Shown: positions 47,997 through 58,732 of the stretch, in pieces
How the letters are laid out: each line of letters begins with the position of its first letter
Position numbering within the stretch: the first letter of the stretch is position 1
From: Barthelona sp. PCE
Taxonomy: Eukaryota
Assembly: GCA_040285745.1 (NCBI GenBank)
Contig: JAUFOR010000002.1
Coordinates: forward strand, 496,001 to 560,000
Direction: 5' to 3'
Length of the DNA stretch: 64,000 nucleotides
Made by a program: the position numbers and the translations under genes
The notes under the pieces: generated by a model
Databases searched by the model: none
What the model saw: the letters and a program-made list of their open reading frames with translations, nothing else
Told to the model about the DNA's origin: nothing

Positions 47997-50426
47997 CTAG
48001 ATTTTATTAAAAAATTCCAAATGTGAAAAGAATTCTTCAACCTTCAGGTTATCTTCATCATCATCAATTTCTACTTTTGGTTCTTCTTTGGTGATATGCT
48101 GGTTCAGAGCAGATACATAAGTACTCAAACTAAGACTCAAAACAGGTTGAATTGCTTGCAATCGTTTCAATAACAAATTATATGCATCACAATTCGGCAA
48201 TAACATTAAAAGTGCTGACAGCGCCTTTAAAAGTATATGAGAAGATACCTGATAACTGTTCAGCAAACTTACACGCACATGAGCAAAAGCAGGACTTTCA
48301 AACAATCTGATGAACTGATCTAAACGTAATAATGTTTGTGCATCCATTCTTCTACGTGACAAATAATTAACGATTTCATGACCCAATTCGTAAAAACCTG
48401 TAAATATTGCAAAAGAAAACATCCAAACGAGATCCATACTCCAAAAAATCAACAATGTATGTTGTAGTTCAACAGATGTGTTTGCGAGTTTGAAATGATC
48501 TTTGCTTGATAAAAGCTCGTCGGTAATTTCAGGAAAGCACAAAGGAAACCTGTATAGATCATTATTCCCCAACGAACTTGGTAAAGGACTTGGATCTCTC
48601 TTGATAGGAAAGACGCGGAAATCACTGATCGTAGAACGTTGATGTCTATTGAAAGAAACACTGCGTAATTCATCTGTCAACTCAACTAAACTATCACTGG
48701 TATATAAAATTAAGCTAAGCTCACTAACAAATGATCTGACAAACGATAACTCAAAAAATGAGTGTTTTGTAACACAATCATCGTAAAGAAGAACAGAAAC
48801 GATATTAAATAACACACGCGCAGTAAAATCATTGCTCAAACACTCTATAACCCTGCGCATATACAAGTGAAGCTCCTCTAACTGACTAAGTTCTTCTAAA
48901 ACAAGCATAACACTGAATATTCCAATCGTATCACTCAATGAATACAATGTAAAGAATATTGAACTGCAAATTTGTGCGACAATAGGTGAAAATCTAATGA
49001 AATTGCTAACCAGTTGTGGTAGGAATAAATGTGTTATTGATAACACTTCAGTTGAAAAAACCTTTGTTAGGACATGAATCCAAAGTAACAAGGAAGATTG
49101 GGTCTTTTCTGGATGATGTTCTAAACCTTGGACAAGAAACATGATTGTTTCATTAATTTCAAAGTGGATAACCCATTCTTTCAACTTCTCATTGGACAAT
49201 GACTGTGAATATGAATAAAACTCTTCACATAAATCCTCCAATACATTCAACGTTCTATTAAGCGTATCAAGCTTGATCTCGCTTCGTTGTGTAACACCAA
49301 CAAGTTCAACAACATAAACAACGAGCTCCTTTGCCAATACGTGGTGCATCAATGGTCGGTTTTTAAAAGAAAATAAGACAGGTATCCAATCCAAAAAAAC
49401 TGTTATGACGTCATCAGATTCGTGATTCAGTAGATTAACACATAGAGGTAAAAGAGGTTCCAAATTAATACGCGAATTGACGCTGACATCATCAAGAAAC
49501 ATGTATAACAGTTGTTTTGTGTGAGAGCTAAGATTCTTCTTATTATCAAGAACTAGAAACAGTTGTGGGATAAATAGGTGCAAGAAAGCACAGAAATCAA
49601 CAACCCCGTGTTCACCAACCAGTTCTTTTAACACAGGATCCTGCAAAGAAACCGGATGATCAACATCTTCCTTTGAATAATCATTATTAGCAGTTGACGA
49701 ATGAGCAAAAAATCTATTAAAGAACGTGATCCATTGCAAAAGCAACTCCAAAATTTGCACATCACGTGTAGAAAAACGCGTTTTAAGTACACGAACAAAC
49801 TCTAAAAACACATCTTCGAAACTAGGTAGATCATTAGTTAACAACTCTTTGTTATTCAATGATATATCACCAGCGATGAGCTTTTCGGCAATATGTGGGG
49901 ATACGATACCTTGTGCGAATGAAAACAAATTGGTAATAAGATCACGAAGCAACTTATCCAAATAACGTGCCCCGTTTTGAACAGCAACGTCAGGGTCTAT
50001 CACAAGGATCAGAAGGCCCTCAAATAGATCATTAAAGAAGCAAAGAGAGTACAGATCTCCAGAATTAACGATATTATAAACAGATTCTGCTGCAAAGTAA
50101 CGTACTCTACTATCCTGATCTCTAAACAGCTGGACACATGGTGAAACGAGTCTAATAAGGTAATCAGTGATAAAATCTTCACCTAAACCAATGGCAATAC
50201 TGCCAATTCCCATTACACCACCTTTCTTTGAATTCAGAGAATTTGACATACAAAAGTCCACGGTAAGTGTCTCTATAAGTGAATCTATGATACCAAAACG
50301 TTCTTTCTCAACTAATTGTTGAACTAAAGCTGCCAGTTCATTAGCGGCTGCTTTTCTTCTCTCATATGCCCTATCTGCAAGCGCTTTTGCAAGCGTTATC
50401 GACAAAATCTCAGGATTTGATGACAT
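47997..50426 (-). CDS. VAC14: VAC14 scaffold of the PIKfyve/Fab1 complex
   Basis: LADRAYERRKAAA, KKGGVMG, DQDSRVRYFAAESVYNI, VQNGARYLDKLLRD, LDQFIRLFESPAFAHVR, LLMLLPN. Confidence 0.92.
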   Translation of the reverse strand: MSSNPEILSITLAKALADRAYERRKAAANELAALVQQLVEKERFGIIDSLIETLTVDFCMSNSLNSKKGGVMGIGSIAIGLGEDFITDYLIRLVSPCVQLFRDQDSRVRYFAAESVYNIVNSGDLYSLCFFNDLFEGLLILVIDPDVAVQNGARYLDKLLRDLITNLFSFAQGIVSPHIAEKLIAGDISLNNKELLTNDLPSFEDVFLEFVRVLKTRFSTRDVQILELLLQWITFFNRFFAHSSTANNDYSKEDVDHPVSLQDPVLKELVGEHGVVDFCAFLHLFIPQLFLVLDNKKNLSSHTKQLLYMFLDDVSVNSRINLEPLLPLCVNLLNHESDDVITVFLDWIPVLFSFKNRPLMHHVLAKELVVYVVELVGVTQRSEIKLDTLNRTLNVLEDLCEEFYSYSQSLSNEKLKEWVIHFEINETIMFLVQGLEHHPEKTQSSLLLWIHVLTKVFSTEVLSITHLFLPQLVSNFIRFSPIVAQICSSIFFTLYSLSDTIGIFSVMLVLEELSQLEELHLYMRRVIECLSNDFTARVLFNIVSVLLYDDCVTKHSFFELSFVRSFVSELSLILYTSDSLVELTDELRSVSFNRHQRSTISDFRVFPIKRDPSPLPSSLGNNDLYRFPLCFPEITDELLSSKDHFKLANTSVELQHTLLIFWSMDLVWMFSFAIFTGFYELGHEIVNYLSRRRMDAQTLLRLDQFIRLFESPAFAHVRVSLLNSYQVSSHILLKALSALLMLLPNCDAYNLLLKRLQAIQPVLSLSLSTYVSALNQHITKEEPKVEIDDDEDNLKVEEFFSHLEFFNKI

Positions 50427-50473
50427 GTCGTAAACGGAAAGAGGAGCAATTCCAAAAACGATAATTCTAACTT

Positions 50474-52942
50474 TTATTTTCTTAATTTAATCGTCATAGT
50501 AGTGATGGGAGTGTCCACGTTAATGAGAACACTCTTCTTTGTTGTATCACAAACAATATTTGAAGAAATAACTCCATCAATCTCAAATTCTTTAATACAG
50601 GGATAATCCATAATGAGAATATGACTCAATACCTTTTCCTCTAAAATAACACCTTCTTGTTGGATTTCAATTGCATCACCATCAAGCAAAATGGTGAAAT
50701 AAGCTGCTCCATCATCAAGTGTTTCGTAAGCGTAACTACTTCCATCATCAACGAAAACTGATCCTTCGGCGTTTCCTAAGGCATTTGGCGCAACTAATAG
50801 TGAAAGTGAGTAATTATTCTCAATCATCTTTGTTACAGATCTGCGCTTTTCTGTTGTGAATGGAATGATAGTTCCACCTCTCTGGAAGACGGGAATTGTT
50901 CCAAGAGGAGCGTGCGCAACAACCTTCTTTGTCTTTTTCAAATCAAATGCTAGTCTGGAATTTTGTAAATCATACCAACGACCTGCTGGAAGAGTAACAT
51001 CCCTCTGTGAGGATCCACTGTGTAAAATGGGTGCGACAAGTACTTTGTCACCAACCAGATACTGATCTTCTACATCATCACTAAAGTTGTCCAATACAAA
51101 CATGGGGTTCATTGGTGGAAAGTGGTGTCTCTCCGATTCATAGAAGACGGTATACCAGAAAGGCATGAACTTATATCTCTGCAATACTTGTTTCTTAACC
51201 AACTCGAGAACTTCATCACCGAATGACCATGGTTCTCTACGTTTCGTGTCTAAATGAGCGTGACCGCGGAAGAACGGCTGCCAGCTACCCAATTCCATCC
51301 AACGAGCAAACAGTTCACCATCTGGATTACCGAAGAAACCACCAACATCCGCACCTGACATGTACTGTGAAGCAGTCTGTAAACTCAACAACATTGGAAT
51401 GGAAAATGCCAGGTGATCCCAATCAGCGGTGTTATCACCTGTCCACACAGCGACACCTTGAGCACTTGTACCACCATAGAAACTACGAGTAAGAACAAAA
51501 GGTCGCTCATCAGGGTTGAGTCTCTTAAGACCATCTATTGTAGCCATTGTGTGATAGAACCCCATGACATTGTGTAGTTCCTTATGCTGACGCCCATTAA
51601 TATGCTTAGCATCCCTGGGATGACTGACTTCAGGACCATTGAATACTGAATTCTCATTCATGTCATTCCAAATACTCTTAATACCGTATTCTTTGCTATA
51701 TTCAATGACCAGATCAGCCCAAATATCACGTACTGAACGTTCAACAAAATCTGGCCATCTTGAAGCACCTGGCCAACAATGACCCTTGAATGGTTGATCT
51801 TGGTTGTCACGAATCCAAGCATTAGCTTCGTCGAATGCCTTGAATACGTGGTATCCCTTATCATCCTTAATATGAGGGTCTGCAATGATAACAACTTCTC
51901 TTCCTAAATCATTGATATCACTCACTAGTTTTTGAGGATCAGGGAATTTGTTCAGATCCCAAGTAAAATAGCGCTTATCGTTTGTATGCTCGATATCAAG
52001 CCAAAGGAAATCGAAAGGTAAACCGTATTTCTCAAATTGACCAACAACAAAACGGGAATCTGCGTCATCCTTGTAGTTCCACCGACATTGATGATAACCA
52101 AGAACGTTCATACGTGGCATCTTTGGTGTACCCACTACAGTGTGATGTTGCTCCTGAACTTTTTTATACGAAGGACCAATGTAGCCAAACAAATCAACCA
52201 CACCTGCTTCACTGTAAAAATAAATATCTTTATCACTGACATCTAAGAACATCTCTGAAGGGTTGTTGTAGAAGAAGCCTCGGATTTTACCGTTCTCACG
52301 TGACATAACAAATGGAATAGCACCATATAATGGGAAAACACTGCGTACATCATATTCAAAGACATCAAGGTTGAAGAGACGGTAAGGGTCATCGTTGACA
52401 GTCTTACGCAACTTGTATGAGTCTGCATGTTCAGGGAAACCATAAAAACCTTGTTCGTTATCAAACAAAATGTTTAATGCAGTTGAATCCCCTCCATCAA
52501 GTAGATCGTTCCCATTTATAACATATCCGTCGGCAATGATGGTGAAAGGATCGTACGTAACACGGAAAACAGATCCTTCTGCAGTAATACGTGTTTCAAC
52601 ATCATCAACATTTGTCATGATGAAAACATCACTGTCCAACTCCTGTACAACATCATTAAAAACAAGAGAGTCTTCGTTTTGACAAAGAAAACGATATATA
52701 CCACCTTTATAGAAAGACAAACTGCAATCCAGTTTCTTATCTTCGTTTGCAACCTCGAAATGGTATGTAGGCCCTTTAAAATAAGCAGAATCGGACATTA
52801 AACGATAGTGTGTTGATGCTCGAATTCTTCTTGTGTGACAATGGTTCAAATCCTTACAAAACTTAAACTCATGAGGCTTAAATGCATTAGTTAATGCCCA
52901 AAAAAGGCAAAAAACTAAAAATAATCTTGATAAAGCAGACAT
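50474..52942 (-). CDS. GANAB: ER glucosidase II alpha subunit (GH31)
   Basis: Signal peptide, PYRLFNLDVFEY, LGYHQCRWNY, WLDIEH, IWNDMNE, WTGDN, GADVGGFFGNP, FFRGHAHLDTKRREPW. Confidence 0.93.
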   Translation of the reverse strand: MSALSRLFLVFCLFWALTNAFKPHEFKFCKDLNHCHTRRIRASTHYRLMSDSAYFKGPTYHFEVANEDKKLDCSLSFYKGGIYRFLCQNEDSLVFNDVVQELDSDVFIMTNVDDVETRITAEGSVFRVTYDPFTIIADGYVINGNDLLDGGDSTALNILFDNEQGFYGFPEHADSYKLRKTVNDDPYRLFNLDVFEYDVRSVFPLYGAIPFVMSRENGKIRGFFYNNPSEMFLDVSDKDIYFYSEAGVVDLFGYIGPSYKKVQEQHHTVVGTPKMPRMNVLGYHQCRWNYKDDADSRFVVGQFEKYGLPFDFLWLDIEHTNDKRYFTWDLNKFPDPQKLVSDINDLGREVVIIADPHIKDDKGYHVFKAFDEANAWIRDNQDQPFKGHCWPGASRWPDFVERSVRDIWADLVIEYSKEYGIKSIWNDMNENSVFNGPEVSHPRDAKHINGRQHKELHNVMGFYHTMATIDGLKRLNPDERPFVLTRSFYGGTSAQGVAVWTGDNTADWDHLAFSIPMLLSLQTASQYMSGADVGGFFGNPDGELFARWMELGSWQPFFRGHAHLDTKRREPWSFGDEVLELVKKQVLQRYKFMPFWYTVFYESERHHFPPMNPMFVLDNFSDDVEDQYLVGDKVLVAPILHSGSSQRDVTLPAGRWYDLQNSRLAFDLKKTKKVVAHAPLGTIPVFQRGGTIIPFTTEKRRSVTKMIENNYSLSLLVAPNALGNAEGSVFVDDGSSYAYETLDDGAAYFTILLDGDAIEIQQEGVILEEKVLSHILIMDYPCIKEFEIDGVISSNIVCDTTKKSVLINVDTPITTMTIKLRK

Positions 52943-52953
52943 TTTCGTTTACA

Positions 52954-55900
52954 CTAAAGCATTTTAATCAAACACGAAACAAGGGTACTATTAGCTTGCA
53001 GGTGTACTTTCTTCACATATTGCACACATGTGTCAATTACACTGTTAAGCATATTTTCATCCAAATCAGAGTAATCAAAGTTGTCAGGCAATAATGTGTT
53101 AAGTTCATTCAATACATCTAAAATTTCATCGTCATCCTGGATACACGCTTGATTTAGATGCCTCTCAGTCAAAACAAATAACTCAGAAGCACGATGACTG
53201 CGATAATATAGACATGCCTCGTTATTCAAAAATTCCAACTCAATTCTAGCCTGAATAATACTCTTAAGGTTGAAACTACCATAGTTTTTCAGACAATTAT
53301 AGTATGATTGGAAGATAACTTCAAAAATATTTGTTAGTATTTCTTTCTCAAAACTTGCATCATGTAGAGGAACTGATGAAAACTTACTTAATGATGACTG
53401 AATGATCAAAATCTTCAATAAAAGACGATGAAGAAATGGTCTTGGCCCCTTAAAATACTGATCCAAAGCATCATCGCTCAAAAATTTAAAACTAAAACCG
53501 AAAGTTGATGAATAAATGTTTTGTTCAATAAACCGAGAAAATGTGCTTAAAACCGTACGTTGGTATGACTTACTGAATAAATCAATCAAATAATTTCCAT
53601 AAAAACTATTCCTTTCATATTCAGTAAATAAAACTGATTCTTCCTCGTAATAACTTAGATTTTCAAAGAAAAAGCCAAAAAGCTGTTCATCTTCTAGACA
53701 ATTAGTAAAATAAAATCTCAAAGTTGTCAAATTATGCAATAAAAACTCCTCCTTTTCTTCGTATGATAAAACTGAATCAACTAATGCCAAAAGCCTTTTG
53801 GGAGCGTTCTTACCTTCTGTTAATGTTATGATACGATCAGGTGTTCGTACAACACCATACAAAATATCCAAAGGAGCTCTAAGAAGCTTAACAATCTCCT
53901 TTGTAATCAGCGAAGAAAGCGTAAAATCATCACCACTTGAGTTCTCTGAACCGTACAGAGGAACGGTGATGATACTAATCGAATGAATGATCTTAAATAA
54001 AATGAGAAGGAAAGAAAAGAAGAAGTACATACATGATGGAAGGTTCAACTCCAAAAACATAGCTTTAGAAGGCAATTTTCGTGCTTGTACAGCCTCTTGA
54101 TAGTGTCTATATAACTCATCAAACACTAATTCATGATCCTTGAGCTGCAGAAGAAAAACGTTTATGAGCTCGTTTTCATGCATCACGCTGATTGTTTTGT
54201 CATGAACACTAAAAGATTGAGTAAATGCAGACATGTTAACATCTGAAAATGAAATCTTACCGTCATCGTGTTGAGGAAATAGCATCTTTTCATCCAACAA
54301 CAGTGTACACAACTCGTTGAAACCACTCATGAATACTGACTTACTATAATCACTGAAAATTCCATTCAAACGTTTGATAAAGCGAGTAGTGCTTGAATTC
54401 GAAGAAATATGACCAGGTAATAATGCCAAGACCTTAATAACTTCACTCAAATCTTCTGTATACTCTTGATGATGATCCTGACGAAATAATGTTTCGATTA
54501 CAACACTGAGCTCTTCCATCAGTGAAGAAACTTTAGAGCTTCCACTCAAATCACTATGGTATGAACTTGCACCACCTTCAGACAACTGTCTACTGGAATA
54601 AACTGAACTGGGGTACAATGATCCACCAAAAGAACGACTTTCATTAACACTAATTTCTTCCTCCTTGTTACTTAATATAGGTAATAAACGGACCAATTCA
54701 TAATAAACTATTGAGAACTGACGTTTTAACATTTCATTATCAGAAATTGTAACCAAATCTTTAAACATAGAAAGTAAACGTTCATAAACAATGTCTTCCA
54801 ACAATGGGATATTCTCTCTGGAATAACCAAACTCAACCAAAATTTCACACAGTTCAATATACTTATGTTCGCCGCATAACCTATGACCAAGACGCATGCT
54901 GTTGATACTGTTAATAATAGATTCAACTGTCTTTTCTTTTAGTTTCAATGGAACTTGCGTGATTGAGCGCAAGAAAAGGTAATTACGCTCAACTATAACT
55001 TCATCAATCTTCATCAACAACTTATAATAATTGAGACACTCAGTATAATCCTCTTGTACTAACTTGTTCTTCCACTTATTTTCTAAAGGGAGCAATAGTG
55101 ACAGTTTCTTGAACAAATTTTGGAGTTTCTTTAGATTCTGAAGCTTGAAAAAGCGCTCTAACATAATGGAATACGTTCCTTTGAGTTCGTTTTGAAAAGA
55201 GTTGGATGTATCATTCAATATAGACAGTAATTTTGTTGCATTCCTATCCTCATCACTAACCGTATGCTTTGCTGAAGTGGGAAGCATCGGCTTTGACAAA
55301 ATTTTTAACTTTGGAGTTGTCACAGTTGTGGTTGTTGAGATAGTCGGGGTTGTTGAGATAGTCGGGGTTGTTGATAAAACAGTTGAAGACATACTTGACA
55401 TTGGTTTTCTAGACCTGTTTCTCAATCTTGTACGTGAATTACGTTTGGAAATGGATGAAGGAAGCGCACCAAACAAACCAAAACCTTCGTCAGATTCAGA
55501 TTTTTCAAGAGAAGCATCTTCCTGAACAGGTGAATGTTCTTCAATTTTTGGTTCTTCTTCTGTAGCCATAGTACTAATATTTTCACCAAATAATGATGAA
55601 GAAAATGCTTGTGAAACATGTTTAGAATCACGTTGTCTATTCTTACGAATTATTGCACTTACATCAAATGTAGAACCCTTATTTTTCTGTGATTTCTTCT
55701 TCTTTCTGGACTTCATGGTCTCATAAATCTCTGTAACACATTCATGAGCTTGAATAAATGAAGAAAAATTCTTTTCAACTAATCTTTTAAAAACTGTAGA
55801 TTTTTGACTCATTTCTGTAGATATCATGTCAAGACCTTTTTCTAGCTTCGCCAATCTACTGTTCTTATGCACGAATGCAAGAAAAAAATCAGGATTAAAG

Positions 55901-56223
55901 TGGCTGTCCCTAATATCAAAAAAATTGATCATGTTAATATGTGTTGCTTCTAATTTTAAATTGTCCTTTTGCTTCCCCAGTGCAGTTATAGCCTTGTTCA
56001 AGTTCTTTGAATACACATTGGTGCTAAAAACATGTAAAGGATCTTCTTCAAGCATTACCGATTGATTCTCGGTTTTCTCGTTCATTGTGTTCGAAAGATG
56101 GAATGCAGACACATCACTGACGAAATCGTATTCTTCATAATCGTTAAATGTGTCGAAAGTGCACTCTTCAACGTTAAGGCGATCCATGTCCTCCTCTTCA
56201 AAACCAGTATTCAGCTGAAACAT
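52954..56223 (-). CDS. SEC5: Exocyst subunit Sec5/EXOC2-like
   Basis: FNPDFFLAFVH......LEKGL......KRLVEKNFSSFI. C-terminal QARIELEFL. Confidence 0.7.
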   Translation of the reverse strand: MFQLNTGFEEEDMDRLNVEECTFDTFNDYEEYDFVSDVSAFHLSNTMNEKTENQSVMLEEDPLHVFSTNVYSKNLNKAITALGKQKDNLKLEATHINMINFFDIRDSHFNPDFFLAFVHKNSRLAKLEKGLDMISTEMSQKSTVFKRLVEKNFSSFIQAHECVTEIYETMKSRKKKKSQKNKGSTFDVSAIIRKNRQRDSKHVSQAFSSSLFGENISTMATEEEPKIEEHSPVQEDASLEKSESDEGFGLFGALPSSISKRNSRTRLRNRSRKPMSSMSSTVLSTTPTISTTPTISTTTTVTTPKLKILSKPMLPTSAKHTVSDEDRNATKLLSILNDTSNSFQNELKGTYSIMLERFFKLQNLKKLQNLFKKLSLLLPLENKWKNKLVQEDYTECLNYYKLLMKIDEVIVERNYLFLRSITQVPLKLKEKTVESIINSINSMRLGHRLCGEHKYIELCEILVEFGYSRENIPLLEDIVYERLLSMFKDLVTISDNEMLKRQFSIVYYELVRLLPILSNKEEEISVNESRSFGGSLYPSSVYSSRQLSEGGASSYHSDLSGSSKVSSLMEELSVVIETLFRQDHHQEYTEDLSEVIKVLALLPGHISSNSSTTRFIKRLNGIFSDYSKSVFMSGFNELCTLLLDEKMLFPQHDDGKISFSDVNMSAFTQSFSVHDKTISVMHENELINVFLLQLKDHELVFDELYRHYQEAVQARKLPSKAMFLELNLPSCMYFFFSFLLILFKIIHSISIITVPLYGSENSSGDDFTLSSLITKEIVKLLRAPLDILYGVVRTPDRIITLTEGKNAPKRLLALVDSVLSYEEKEEFLLHNLTTLRFYFTNCLEDEQLFGFFFENLSYYEEESVLFTEYERNSFYGNYLIDLFSKSYQRTVLSTFSRFIEQNIYSSTFGFSFKFLSDDALDQYFKGPRPFLHRLLLKILIIQSSLSKFSSVPLHDASFEKEILTNIFEVIFQSYYNCLKNYGSFNLKSIIQARIELEFLNNEACLYYRSHRASELFVLTERHLNQACIQDDDEILDVLNELNTLLPDNFDYSDLDENMLNSVIDTCVQYVKKVHLQANSTLVSCLIKML
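55330..55374 (+). repeat. 18-bp tandem repeat, 2.5 copies, inside Sec5
   Basis: GGTTGTTGAGATAGTCGG x2 plus GGTTGTTGA. Encodes STTPTI repeats. Confidence 0.9.
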
Positions 56224-56294
56224 TCAGTCACGCTGTATTTACCAAGAAAGTTTGAAAGAAGAAGATATTTAAAGGAATAACAGCTATCAAAAAT

Positions 56295-57557
56295 CTAGCT
56301 AACTTTATTTATTGATAAACCTCGGAACCATCTGTGTTTCAGAGCCTCCATGGCATGGGGCCGATGCATAGCTACAGGATCAATAAGCAATCTTATAAAC
56401 TCTATTGTTAGAGGTATCTCCTCAAGTGGTATCATAGAAGCATTTGCCCCCCACTCTTCGAGAGGGAAAGACCCACACTCACGTGATATATTACGTAAAA
56501 ATGGTTCAAAAACAGGTTGTTTCTTTAAAACTCTTGTCTTCCCTACAATACAACAATATTCAGCAAAAGAATCTCTCTCAAAAACCCTGGGCACACCAAG
56601 CAAGAAAGATAATAAGACAATTCCCACAGCAAAAATATCTGCTTTAAAAACATCATATACAAAACCAAGGTATTGTTCAGGTGGTCTAAAACCAACAGTT
56701 CCGCAGTGTACTGCGTTGTCGAACCGTTTATCCAAAGAGCTTAATCCAAAATCACACAAACAACTATCACTAAGATTATCAGGGTGAAACAAAAAATTGC
56801 TAGGCTTAACATCCCGATGAGAAACTTTTAGCTCGTGGAGCTGACTCAATGCAATCAATAAATTCCGCATATAAGAACGAATTAAGTGGTAACGTTCAGG
56901 TTCTGGCAGCGTTCTTAAAAATCTTAATAGATGATTGAAATGTACATGATTATGATAACTTAGTAGAATACTGATATTTGCACCGCTGGAATCACTTAAT
57001 GCTGAATAAAAATCTATACAATGTCGCAAACGATGTTTCAATTGATTCTTTTTAAGAAATTTTAACACTACAACCTCATTCAACACACGATCCGTTGAAA
57101 ATATCGTGTGTAGTCTTTTCACAGCCACAACATTACCTTTATAACTTCCCTTATATACAGTACCAAACGTACCTTTAGAAATTGGCTCCAAACTCTGTAA
57201 TTCATATGGGAGTTCGGGATAATCAATGTTTTTTGTCTCCTTGACGAAGAGTTTCGACTCAAAATACGCACATGTTACACTATCTGTAAAGCTATCTCTT
57301 TGTACCACATCATTAAGCACCAACTTCCTTCCAACGTTGACCAACGGGCTGGATTCGGGTCTGATCGTTGCATTAGGTGGTGAAAATGCGGTAAGCAATG
57401 GATCTTCAGGTGATGTGAAATCCGAAATGTCAAATGGAGTGCGTGATACACCTCCGTCGTCGCTGCCAATGGCCTTAAACATCGGAATCGGGCTTAAATG
57501 TTGCAAAATACCCTTTATTTCTGATGTTCGCTGCAGCTTCTTAGGAAATGGTGTCAT
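56295..57557 (-). CDS. CDC7: Ser/Thr kinase, CDC7-like
   Basis: KGTFGTVY, VAVK, YMRNLLIAL, HRDVKPSNFLF, DFGLS, GTVGFRPPE, GIVLLSFLLG. Confidence 0.65.
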   Translation of the reverse strand: MTPFPKKLQRTSEIKGILQHLSPIPMFKAIGSDDGGVSRTPFDISDFTSPEDPLLTAFSPPNATIRPESSPLVNVGRKLVLNDVVQRDSFTDSVTCAYFESKLFVKETKNIDYPELPYELQSLEPISKGTFGTVYKGSYKGNVVAVKRLHTIFSTDRVLNEVVVLKFLKKNQLKHRLRHCIDFYSALSDSSGANISILLSYHNHVHFNHLLRFLRTLPEPERYHLIRSYMRNLLIALSQLHELKVSHRDVKPSNFLFHPDNLSDSCLCDFGLSSLDKRFDNAVHCGTVGFRPPEQYLGFVYDVFKADIFAVGIVLLSFLLGVPRVFERDSFAEYCCIVGKTRVLKKQPVFEPFLRNISRECGSFPLEEWGANASMIPLEEIPLTIEFIRLLIDPVAMHRPHAMEALKHRWFRGLSINKVS

Positions 57558-57704
57558 ATACTGTTATTGAAGCCCCAACTAATGCCCTGCCCTTACTTTA
57601 TGTAGGATGTGTTGTAATTTTATCAATAAAGGGTTATAATGATAACAAGTATTCATTTCACATTTTTCCTCTTTTCACCTGACAAATCGCTCAAAATACG
57701 AATC

Positions 57705-58712
57705 ATGCCGAGAATTGTTGGCGAACAAAACGAAAGAGATCACAACAAAACTATTTCTGTTGACCAATTCAGGTTAAATCACACATCAATGGTTGATTTT
57801 CTGGATACACAGCATATCTTCTACATTGAAATAACTAAAAACGAGGAAAGTTATGAACAAAGGAATGTTCTAAAAATTTGTCGTATTGCTGACAAGGCTG
57901 TTGTTGACACATTTGATTTACCTTTGGATTTGAATCTACAAGAACACAATTATCTCATCCACAGAGATGTTGGGTCACGAGTTGCTCTTCTCATACTGGA
58001 TAATGGGTTTTACAATCTTAAACTTGATTCAAATTGGAGGATCTTGAGCTCTGAATTCATCATGAGAGACTTTGAATACACTTGCGCAACTGTTGACGAT
58101 GGTAAAATCTACTATTTGGAAGAATCAGAAGTAGATGATGATGATGTTCACTATCAGATTTTTGTAGAAGGTCTACGTGGTGAACATCATAGAAGGCTGC
58201 TGGAGTGGACCTGCACTGTAGTGGAGGATATCTATGTAGAGAGAGACATTCTCTTTCTGTTTGATATCGCTAGATTACTCATTGTAGATGTGAAAACTTC
58301 TGAACAAGTTTATGTTGAAATGAATCACATTAATCCTTATCCTGATACGATTGAGAGTCTTTATAACCCAACTTTAGAATGTTATGTTGTTTTTTTCAGG
58401 GGTAATGAAAATTACAAGTGCTTGATTTTACAAAAAGACTTAACATATCAGATTTTTGAGACTGGAATTGAGGTATCTGATGAGGAAAGTTTTAATCTGA
58501 TTACCCATAACATGTTTATAGTAGATGGGAAAGTTAGAGTGATTAAAAATTTTGATTTTTCATCAAAATCTGTTTTATTCGCATGCATTGATATTCCAAA
58601 CGAATGTGAAGATTTCATTGCTATAAAGGAGAACATGATTGCTTGTGCGCATTATGATGATGATGATATTTATGATGAATATTCCTTTGTAACAACCCTT
58701 TATTACGAGTAG
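57705..58712 (+). CDS. Hypothetical acidic beta-rich protein
   Basis: Long ORF. Likely ATG at 57705, downstream of a TTTCACCT motif. Confidence 0.6.
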   Translation: MPRIVGEQNERDHNKTISVDQFRLNHTSMVDFLDTQHIFYIEITKNEESYEQRNVLKICRIADKAVVDTFDLPLDLNLQEHNYLIHRDVGSRVALLILDNGFYNLKLDSNWRILSSEFIMRDFEYTCATVDDGKIYYLEESEVDDDDVHYQIFVEGLRGEHHRRLLEWTCTVVEDIYVERDILFLFDIARLLIVDVKTSEQVYVEMNHINPYPDTIESLYNPTLECYVVFFRGNENYKCLILQKDLTYQIFETGIEVSDEESFNLITHNMFIVDGKVRVIKNFDFSSKSVLFACIDIPNECEDFIAIKENMIACAHYDDDDIYDEYSFVTTLYYE

Positions 58713-58732
58713 GTTCATCAATTCTTTTTGCC

